From an uncultured virus (IMG/VR IMGVR_UViG_3300032092_000020) (lineage: Duplodnaviria; Heunggongvirae; Uroviricota; Caudoviricetes), in IMG/VR virus record IMGVR_UViG_3300032092_000020: a DNA stretch of 64,000 bases; one strand, 5' to 3'. Positions within the stretch are counted from its first letter, which is position 1. Each line of letters starts with the position of its first letter. Under the pieces are notes generated by a model. It ran no database searches. It worked only from the letters and a program-made list of their open reading frames with translations, and had not been told where the DNA came from. Both the position numbers and the translations under genes were made by a program. Below, one piece after another: positions 56,706-64,000 of the stretch.

Positions 56706-57704
56706 ATGAAGGTTCTGATCACGGGCACCTCCGCGCGCGCGGCTTCGGCCAATCGCGTGGGGACGCTCGGGACCGCGATGACCTGGGCACTGCTGAATGA
56801 CAGCGACACCGCAGTCACACACGCACCGCCTATGGAGTCGTCCGACGCTGATCTAGTGTTCGTGGGAGTCTCCTCTCCCACCGCACCAGTGTCGAACTAC
56901 ACCTACTCGGGATTCGCACTCCTCGCAGACGCCCACGCCTCCGGGCGTCTGGGAGGAGTGTTCATCGATCAACCTTCGCCTGGAGCGATCAGAAGTGGGG
57001 CACGCACGGCTCTGGGCGACTACAGTCGCCTAGAGGCGAACTTCTACGCCAAGCGACCGGACTACGGCCGGTACGCCGCGGACCGTGGATTTCGCTCAAG
57101 AGTTCTGGAGGGCATCGCCCTCTACTTGGACGGCTGCCTACCACTGATCGCACCGATGTACCCCTGGGGGAACGAGGCCGCTCTCGCGACGCGTATCCCT
57201 CAGGGGCATCGGATCACCTCAGTCGACCCCACCGGGGCGTACTGGAACCTAGCCGAGATGATTACTCTACAGGTCGAAAGTTCTAGTCGCGCCCCGGTGT
57301 GGGTTCTCGAGACGGCGTACGCACGCCCACCGAAGATCCGGGACAGGATGATGTACCCCATCATCACCACCAAAAGCCCCGCTCTCCGGCAAGACTTCGA
57401 GACGTACTCTGCCGGGATTGCTGTGCTCGAAGGAGACACTCCGATCAAGGGCTGGTGGACACCGACAGCCTCAGCCGCACTTCTCAGCGGCGCGGCATTC
57501 GTCGGAGGTTCGGCGACCGCCTCACACTTTGTCTCTCCATGGATGGATCTCGTGGAGGAGATGGACCAAGACTCGCTGGCAGCCCTTGTGCGCCGTCAGA
57601 CCGACAACCTAAGGAGATCAACATGGTCGATGAAACAACTGGCGGACGCCGTACTCGGCGTGAGGACATCCTCGCCACTCTCGCAAACGCCGGGTACCAT
57701 GTAG
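56706..57704 (+). CDS. Hypothetical protein (possible glycosyltransferase-like fold, speculative)
   Basis: MKVLITG start, DLVFVG; family not confidently recognised. Confidence 0.55.
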   Translation: MKVLITGTSARAASANRVGTLGTAMTWALLNDSDTAVTHAPPMESSDADLVFVGVSSPTAPVSNYTYSGFALLADAHASGRLGGVFIDQPSPGAIRSGARTALGDYSRLEANFYAKRPDYGRYAADRGFRSRVLEGIALYLDGCLPLIAPMYPWGNEAALATRIPQGHRITSVDPTGAYWNLAEMITLQVESSSRAPVWVLETAYARPPKIRDRMMYPIITTKSPALRQDFETYSAGIAVLEGDTPIKGWWTPTASAALLSGAAFVGGSATASHFVSPWMDLVEEMDQDSLAALVRRQTDNLRRSTWSMKQLADAVLGVRTSSPLSQTPGTM

Positions 57705-57715
57705 GCTCACCGCGC

Positions 57716-58087
57716 ATGTACTTGGTCGAGGACTACATCAACGAACTTGTCGAGTTCGAGGCGGATGGTGGTCTCGACTACTTCGACGACACCAGCGACC
57801 TGTTCAGGATCCTGGCCGCATTCGCCTACGCAGCAACAGGGTCTCGGAGCGTTCCCCGAGAGTTCTGGGATCAGTCCTTCCTCAGGGAGACTACAGTCTC
57901 TGAGCGCGCGTGGATGCCTTGGCTCTCTGGGGCATTCGGTCTGGGGAGCACGGTCCGCGTCCGCGGCGATCTGGAGCATACCGGAAAGTGTGTCGGAATC
58001 CGCGCTGGTCGCGTCATCATCGAGTTCCCAAACGGGGCGCAAGCAACGCTCGCTCCCTCGAGTGTGGAAGGGCGTGTTGACCCGTGA
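57716..58087 (+). CDS. Hypothetical protein with SH3-like C-terminus
   Basis: G..VRV....G..VGIR.GR; start uncertain. Confidence 0.55.
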   Translation: MYLVEDYINELVEFEADGGLDYFDDTSDLFRILAAFAYAATGSRSVPREFWDQSFLRETTVSERAWMPWLSGAFGLGSTVRVRGDLEHTGKCVGIRAGRVIIEFPNGAQATLAPSSVEGRVDP

Positions 58088-58229
58088 TCAAGAATCTCTC
58101 GCTTCTTGTCCTGCTCTCCGCGATCCTTTTCGTGGTAGGGGTCGTCGTTGTGCATCTGGCTCTCGCCATAGGTGTGACCTTATTTAGTGCCGCACTCCTG
58201 GCGGCAGTGCTCTCTCTCCGTGAGGATAC

Positions 58230-58502
58230 ATGAGTATCCACTGGGATGTGACCGACCAAGGTCGGATCCGCATCGTCCAGCGGGGGTTCGGGAGCCCTGA
58301 CAACGTACGCGGTGTGCTCTCTGGTCACCTTGAGCGTGCGCTGGCTCTCGGGGCCTACGTCGAGGAAGACTCGGTCGACGCCGCAGTAGTCAACGGAACG
58401 AACATGAGCGAGGTGACGTGGACCGGCCACGTCCCTTTGCAGAACGTCGCCGACATCCGGGAGTTCTTGATGACGCTAACAGCCAAAGACTTCCACCGAT
58501 GA
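58230..58502 (+). CDS. Hypothetical protein
   Basis: GAGGA RBS. Confidence 0.6.
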   Translation: MSIHWDVTDQGRIRIVQRGFGSPDNVRGVLSGHLERALALGAYVEEDSVDAAVVNGTNMSEVTWTGHVPLQNVADIREFLMTLTAKDFHR

Positions 58503-58771
58503 TCTGGACGGAGTTGTCTGACGACTACTGCGCGCCCAACGAGTTCGTTCTCGGGAGCCCGGGGATCTGCTCACTGACTCACGACACGTACCATGAGGCA
58601 GTCACCGCGCTGGTGCGCTGTGGGATGTTCACGATGGCTCGAGAGGCACGCGAGTGGCTGGAAGAGGCTCAGGTCCTCCAGATTACCGGACCAGATATGA
58701 CTATCTGGACAATCGTGGTATCTGCCACATACGATTCGGAATCGCTTGACACCGACGAACTTGCCTGGTAG
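58499..58771 (+). CDS. Hypothetical protein
   Basis: ATGA overlap. Confidence 0.55.
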   Translation: MIWTELSDDYCAPNEFVLGSPGICSLTHDTYHEAVTALVRCGMFTMAREAREWLEEAQVLQITGPDMTIWTIVVSATYDSESLDTDELAW

Positions 58772-58813
58772 GTTCACCTACAGAGCACGAATCCAACGAC
58801 GAAAGGACACGTA

Positions 58814-59434
58814 ATGATGACCCGCACAGACGAGCCGTACATCCAGATCGCTGGCTTGGGCACACTGACGCTTGACGAGTGGGAGAGGATGGGCCCTGCT
58901 GAGCCCCTCTCCCGCGTGTACCACGCTGACCCGACACTCCCCGCCCTCTACGTCGGCGAGACGCCCGACACTGAGGACACCTACTTGCTCCAGAAGGCGT
59001 ACGAGGGGACCGGGCACACCTGGGTCAGTAGGACATCCTCGCTATACACCAAGGACGTGTGTGATCTGCGCGTAGACATGTACGGCAACACACTCACGTC
59101 GCCCTCAGACGTCGTACACGTGGTCCAGGCAATTTCGGACGGCAGTCTCACCCAGGAGACTGCTGAGAACGTCCTCGAACTTGCTCGCGTTGCGCATATC
59201 GCCTGGTCCCGTGATGGCTATCGAGTCGCTGTGAACTGTCAGGCGGGTCTAAACCGATCTAGCCTGGTTGTCGCTATGATGCTGATGATGGAGGGAATCA
59301 CGGCGGAGGCTGCCATCGCGCAGATTCGTTACGATCGATCTCCGCTGTGCTTGGTCAATGAACACTTTGTCGGATTCTTGACTCAGAACGAGGCTGCGAT
59401 TTACGCCGCCGGAGCCGAAGGACGCAGCGCATGA
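58814..59434 (+). CDS. Dual-specificity/tyrosine phosphatase family protein
   Basis: CX5R motif VNCQAGLNRS; AI..IR..R, N..F. Confidence 0.85.
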   Translation: MMTRTDEPYIQIAGLGTLTLDEWERMGPAEPLSRVYHADPTLPALYVGETPDTEDTYLLQKAYEGTGHTWVSRTSSLYTKDVCDLRVDMYGNTLTSPSDVVHVVQAISDGSLTQETAENVLELARVAHIAWSRDGYRVAVNCQAGLNRSSLVVAMMLMMEGITAEAAIAQIRYDRSPLCLVNEHFVGFLTQNEAAIYAAGAEGRSA

Positions 59435-59691
59435 ACAACGGGCAGGGCTACTGGGATGACTGCGGCACACGAACCTTCTCCCACCAGACACCAGGTCACG
59501 TCATTGACATCACCGTGATGTCCGGAGGCGGTATTCGTACCGAGTGCACCTGCGGTTTCTACGAGGATGTCGAGGACTGGGAGATGACGATTGCTGTGCA
59601 GCACGCGCAGATTCACAACCGTGACGCCAGAAACTCGATGACGACGTTGAATCGAAACACCCGCTTCACTGTCGCCTTTCCTGTACGATAG
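59431..59691 (+). CDS. Small Cys/His protein
   Basis: ATGA overlap; CTCG...H...H. Confidence 0.55.
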   Translation: MNNGQGYWDDCGTRTFSHQTPGHVIDITVMSGGGIRTECTCGFYEDVEDWEMTIAVQHAQIHNRDARNSMTTLNRNTRFTVAFPVR

Positions 59692-59912
59692 AGGCATGAG
59701 CAACATGGAGCCAGACGCCGACGACGAGTTTGTGATGCCCTTAGTGCTTCCTCCTGTCTCGGAAGAGGAAGTCGACGCTGAGATCATCCCGCTGTTCCCG
59801 GCGGCGAAGGGTCCACGCCCCCCTGTCTTCGACGACGAGGACTAGACAGGACGCTTTCCATCGTGTAGGCTACATCCTAATCATCAATCATCGACACAGA
59901 ATACGAGGCAGA

Positions 59913-61136
59913 ATGACAACTGATGCAGGGCGGTGGATGACCGCCATTTGGGGACCGCTAGGCCCCGATCATCTAGTAGAAGTCACCGTCAAGACGGCGG
60001 GACAGGGAAAGTGGATCTCCGATCACCAGACCTTGACCGACACCCTCGCCGCTGCTAACGACGGCACGTTCGCCGCTCTGGCGGATAAGGGGCACGACGT
60101 GTACGCCGGAATCATCGGACTGCACTCCAAGCCCACCGAGTTCGGACAGCGCGGTAGCCGCCACCTTCGTGACGCTGGCGCGTGTCTCTGGATGGACGTG
60201 GACTGTGTTGCGCCCGGTCGTGGCAAGGCCAATCTCTTCGAGACCGTTGACGAGGCGATCGAGCAAATCGACGCGCTCGGACTCCGCCTCGGGATCGGCG
60301 TCGCTGACGTCGTCGTCCACTCCGGCTGGGGTGTGCATGTCGCATGGCTGCTCAACGAGCCGGTCCCTCCCGCCCACCTGTCTGTCGCCGTGCACACGAT
60401 CGAGAGCGCACTGGCTGAGGCGAGTGGGAAGCACGTGGACCACGTTGGTGATGCGACGCGTGTGTTGCGGATCCCAGACACCATCAACCGACGCGGTGAG
60501 CCTGCCCGGGTGACCCTGGTGCGGTGTGACGAAAGTCGTCGGCGTACCTGGAACGAGATCCGCTTTGCTCTCGTGCTTAGCGACGCTGCCCTGTCGTCCG
60601 CCACCGATGAGCGTCCTGGCACTGCTGGCGTCGGGAGATACACGCAGGAGAATCGGCCGCTCCTCGACGCCTCCACTCTGTTCGAGGCCACGACGTCGTG
60701 GGGCGACGTGCTGCACCCGTTTGGCTGGACGAGGATCTCGTCGTCGTCGAGCGAAGAGGCTTGGCTACGTCCTGGCAAAGAGGACGACCGAAGTTCGGGA
60801 GAACGGTCTGGAGTTGTCTACGCTGACAATCCTGGTCTGCTCGTACTGTTCACGGACGCCCCGACCGGACTCAAGAACCTTCGAGGTTCGGAGAGCCGCG
60901 TGGTGGCTGGGGCTGGTAGCATCGATCGCTGGCGCGCATGGGTCGACCTCATGTGGGACGGCGACACATCGGCTGCGCTGGCTGACGCTTGTGCCCGCGC
61001 TGTGGAGGGTGAGGGGAACCTGGGCACCTGGCCTGGGGACTTCATCGACGCGCTGACCAAGGAGTACGCAATCGGAATAGCCTGGGCGAACAAGTCTCGT
61101 CTTGTCGCTGCTGACCGCTGGGCTCGAGGGCTGTGA
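59913..61136 (+). CDS. RepB-like DNA primase (AEP superfamily)
   Basis: WMDVD, SGWGVH..WLL, D.TRVLRIP.T.N, W.RPGK. Confidence 0.75.
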   Translation: MTTDAGRWMTAIWGPLGPDHLVEVTVKTAGQGKWISDHQTLTDTLAAANDGTFAALADKGHDVYAGIIGLHSKPTEFGQRGSRHLRDAGACLWMDVDCVAPGRGKANLFETVDEAIEQIDALGLRLGIGVADVVVHSGWGVHVAWLLNEPVPPAHLSVAVHTIESALAEASGKHVDHVGDATRVLRIPDTINRRGEPARVTLVRCDESRRRTWNEIRFALVLSDAALSSATDERPGTAGVGRYTQENRPLLDASTLFEATTSWGDVLHPFGWTRISSSSSEEAWLRPGKEDDRSSGERSGVVYADNPGLLVLFTDAPTGLKNLRGSESRVVAGAGSIDRWRAWVDLMWDGDTSAALADACARAVEGEGNLGTWPGDFIDALTKEYAIGIAWANKSRLVAADRWARGL

Positions 61137-63259
61137 GCGCCGTGGAGGCTGCAAGCGGATCCGCTCGTCCATCGCTATCACAGCGTATGGCGGTAGGCTA
61201 CGTCCGAAGCGGCTGGGTCATCATGCCGGTCTGGGGAGTGACTCCCGAGCACCGCTGTGCCTGTGGCTCGTCCGACTGTGTTGGGCCAGGGAAGCACCTC
61301 GTTGGTGAGGGGTCGATCGTCGTCCGCGATGAGGAAACCGCCACCCGAGAGTGGGGGCCGACGCACGGTTACGACCGCGGCATCGCGCTCAAGACTGGAC
61401 GCGAGTCCGGGATCATCGTCATCGACGTTCCCCCGAGTGCTGAGCCCCCCGACGCTGTTGCTTACTCGCGCCGTGCGTACTCTATGACGCCGTCCGGTGG
61501 GCACCACTACTTCTACCGGATCACTGACGACGACGTTCTGATCTCTGCTGAGGACGACGGGCGATCTTCACTCACCGGATCCGGCCTCCGTGTCGTCGGC
61601 GAAGGCGGATACGCCTTCCTCCCTAGCGGGACGGAGGTTGGCCCGTTCGGTCGACGCTGGGTGTCACGCGACGAGTTCGGCATCCTGGACGACGACCTCA
61701 AGGCGATGCTGGTCTCCGCAGGCATCCTCCAGGTGGACAGCGACGACACCTTCGACGCTGACACCCCGTGGCTTGTGGCTCCGGGGGCTGGTGCCCTGGC
61801 ACGACGCTCGGCTACCCCGCTCGGGGTTGCGCGCGTCGTCGTGGATCTCCACGGACACCTGATCCGATCAGTCCTCTCCGTTAGCACGAACAACAGTGAC
61901 GTGCTCGTCTGGAAGGACGGGTGGAACACCGGGGCCGACGCTGAGGCATCGATTCAGAACATGATTCTCGGCACGATGTCGAACCCGATCCGTGGGTGGT
62001 TCGCCGACGCGGCGGCCCAGAACGACACACCCGCCCTCACCCAACTCCGGATGCTCACGAAGAAGATCCGGAACGGTGAAGGCAAGCGCGCCATGACAGA
62101 CTTTGTGCGCTCTGATGAGAGGATCAAGACACGTGAAGAAGAGTGGGACGTACACGATCATCTGCTCGGTCTGCCTGGTGGCCGTGTTCTGGATCTTAGG
62201 ACGCAGGAAGTCCTCTCAGGCAGCGCCGCCCGTGAGTCGCGCATTCGCTACCGGACCGACGTCGACTACATCCCTGGGGCCACCGATCCGATCCTGGACG
62301 AGTTCCTCGAGTCCTCGAACATCTACGGCGGCGCGGAGGGTGGACTCGACTTCCTCCTCGACGTTGCCGCAGCGACACTCGCGGGCAAGAGGATCATTGG
62401 CGACAAGATCGTCATCCTCTACGGGCCGACAGGCTCCGGGAAGAGCACCTTCGTCGATCTCTTGGCGTCAGTGCTCAGTATGCGAGACGAGGGATACGCC
62501 TCAGTAATCTCGCACTCTCTCGTCGTCGGAACCGGCATGAACAACGACTCCTACTCGCTGGCAAAGACGCGCGGCTCGCGCATGTTCACACTGGACGAGT
62601 TGCCTCAGGGCAAGGTCCTCAAGGAAGATATGCTCAAGTCGCTGTCGGGCTCCACCGTGCTCGCCGTCCGACAGATCCACAAGGCTGAGGAGACCATCCG
62701 CAACAACGGCACGCTCTGGATCGCATCAAACGAGCCACCGATCACTGCCGACGATGCGCTGTGGCGGCGGTTCCTCTTCGTGAACTTCCCCGTCAAGCGC
62801 GACGACGGGACGATCGATGACCGGATCAAGCGCACCATGCTCGATCCTCATCGCCCGTTGGCACGACAGGCGCTGCTCGCCAAGTTGGTGGAGCGAACTC
62901 CTCGTCTGTTTGCTGGACTCGAGCGTAGCGCGGGCGGGATGAACAGCGGTTTCGAGATTCACCCAGCCGCACGTCAGTACGCTCGCAACATCCGCGCGCA
63001 GGCTGACCCGTTCCTGGCGTGGCGTGAGTCTGCGCTGGAGATCTCCCCAGGGAACGACTCTGTGACGCTCACCGCGGCGTACATGTCTTACCGCCGCTTC
63101 TACGACCAGGAAGGCTTTGCTGGTCGCGAGGGTCAGATGACCCTCACCTCGTTCCGCGACAAGGTGCGGACCGAGCGGCTGCTCTCCGACGATGGGAAGA
63201 CCCTCGTTGACGTAGCCATGAATGACAACTCATCCAGTCAGGTCTTCGGATCTCTCTAA
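61133..63259 (+). CDS. Prim-pol-like N-terminus plus SF3 (D5/P4-type) helicase
   Basis: C.CG..C..PGKH, TPSGG.H.FYR; GPTGSGKST, LDE, LKSLSG, SNEPP, ALWRR. Confidence 0.88.
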   Translation: MSAVEAASGSARPSLSQRMAVGYVRSGWVIMPVWGVTPEHRCACGSSDCVGPGKHLVGEGSIVVRDEETATREWGPTHGYDRGIALKTGRESGIIVIDVPPSAEPPDAVAYSRRAYSMTPSGGHHYFYRITDDDVLISAEDDGRSSLTGSGLRVVGEGGYAFLPSGTEVGPFGRRWVSRDEFGILDDDLKAMLVSAGILQVDSDDTFDADTPWLVAPGAGALARRSATPLGVARVVVDLHGHLIRSVLSVSTNNSDVLVWKDGWNTGADAEASIQNMILGTMSNPIRGWFADAAAQNDTPALTQLRMLTKKIRNGEGKRAMTDFVRSDERIKTREEEWDVHDHLLGLPGGRVLDLRTQEVLSGSAARESRIRYRTDVDYIPGATDPILDEFLESSNIYGGAEGGLDFLLDVAAATLAGKRIIGDKIVILYGPTGSGKSTFVDLLASVLSMRDEGYASVISHSLVVGTGMNNDSYSLAKTRGSRMFTLDELPQGKVLKEDMLKSLSGSTVLAVRQIHKAEETIRNNGTLWIASNEPPITADDALWRRFLFVNFPVKRDDGTIDDRIKRTMLDPHRPLARQALLAKLVERTPRLFAGLERSAGGMNSGFEIHPAARQYARNIRAQADPFLAWRESALEISPGNDSVTLTAAYMSYRRFYDQEGFAGREGQMTLTSFRDKVRTERLLSDDGKTLVDVAMNDNSSSQVFGSL

Positions 63260-63275
63260 CCCGAAAGGAATCACC

Positions 63276-63527
63276 ATGACCGCCAACGAAGGCCGTACCG
63301 TGAAGGAGCGCCCCGCGCTCAACGTGGACGTTATCAGCATCGCCGAGATCGAGGCTGGTGACCGGCTTGCGCCAGGTACCATCCTCGGCCCGTTCAGCAT
63401 TGTCGACATCATCTCCGTGAAGTCGAAGACCCCCGCCGACAACGGCAAGTTCGCCGTCACGTTCTACAACCAGGGAACCCTGTTCCTGCACGGCGGGCTT
63501 CTCGTCTCCGTGGTAGTGGACAACTAA
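63276..63527 (+). CDS. Hypothetical protein
   Basis: GAAAGGA RBS. Confidence 0.6.
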   Translation: MTANEGRTVKERPALNVDVISIAEIEAGDRLAPGTILGPFSIVDIISVKSKTPADNGKFAVTFYNQGTLFLHGGLLVSVVVDN

Positions 63528-63578
63528 GCCGAGCCCTGCTACACTCGCCGCACCAACGACACAGGAAGGAGTAGACAG

Positions 63579-64000
63579 ATGACCGGACGCGTATTCTTTA
63601 CCGCGGATCAGCACTTTGGACACAAGAACATCATCGAGTTCTGTGCTCGACCGTTCGAGGACGTTGATCACATGAACGCGGCGCTGCAAGACAACTGGAA
63701 CCGCACTGTCCACCCCGACGACACTGTGTTCGTGCTGGGTGACTTCGCCATGGGCAAGATCGACAGGACGCTCCAGATCGTCCGACGCCTCAACGGTACG
63801 AAGTTCCTGGTCGCAGGTAACCACGACCGCTGCTGGTCACCGCTTCGCAAGTCGGAGCAGTGGGCCCAGACCTATCTGGATGCAGGCTTTGACGACGTCA
63901 TCAACCTGCTCCCAGGGACGACACTCAGTGTCGGAGAAGATCTCGTGGCGAACCACTTCCCCTACCAGGGGGATAGCCAGGAAGGCGACCGCTACCAGGA
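63579..64000 (+). CDS. Calcineurin-like metallophosphoesterase (runs off the window end)
   Basis: TADQHFGHKNII, WN..V.PDD.V..LGDF, GNHD, NHFP. Confidence 0.88.
   Translation, partial: MTGRVFFTADQHFGHKNIIEFCARPFEDVDHMNAALQDNWNRTVHPDDTVFVLGDFAMGKIDRTLQIVRRLNGTKFLVAGNHDRCWSPLRKSEQWAQTYLDAGFDDVINLLPGTTLSVGEDLVANHFPYQGDSQEGDRYQ

Overview
High-GC, gene-dense window that reads as part of a large actinobacteriophage genome. It contains TerL, cell-wall hydrolases, structural/tail-like genes and a replication-recombination module; no capsid, portal, integrase, DNA polymerase or cas gene was recognised. It has two zones. (1) Bases 1-27.7 kb are an array of about 32 short transcription units, typically [hairpin] - 17-bp box AACTCACGTTCACGCAY - sigmaA-type promoter (TTGACA-N16/18-TANNNT) - TGTCAGCAA near +1 - RBS - 1 to 4 small, mostly unknown ORFs. 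I count 29 boxes (28 on +, 1 inverted), plus a near-copy inside the antisense terL gene. Box-to-(-35) distances cluster in steps of about one helical turn. The leftmost units carry different microsatellites abutting the box. (2) After an AT-rich inverted-repeat region at about 28.6-28.8 kb the box disappears. The rest encodes a nucleotidyltransferase, PNK, HNHs, a DUF2786/metallohydrolase pair, a sigma-like factor, an LPXTG protein, lysin/M23/Rpf-like proteins, tail-like proteins, dCMP deaminase, an SNF2 helicase, an exonuclease, a Sak4-like ATPase, SSB, a phosphatase, two primase-like genes and a truncated metallophosphoesterase. All product calls come from motif recognition by eye; no database search was run.
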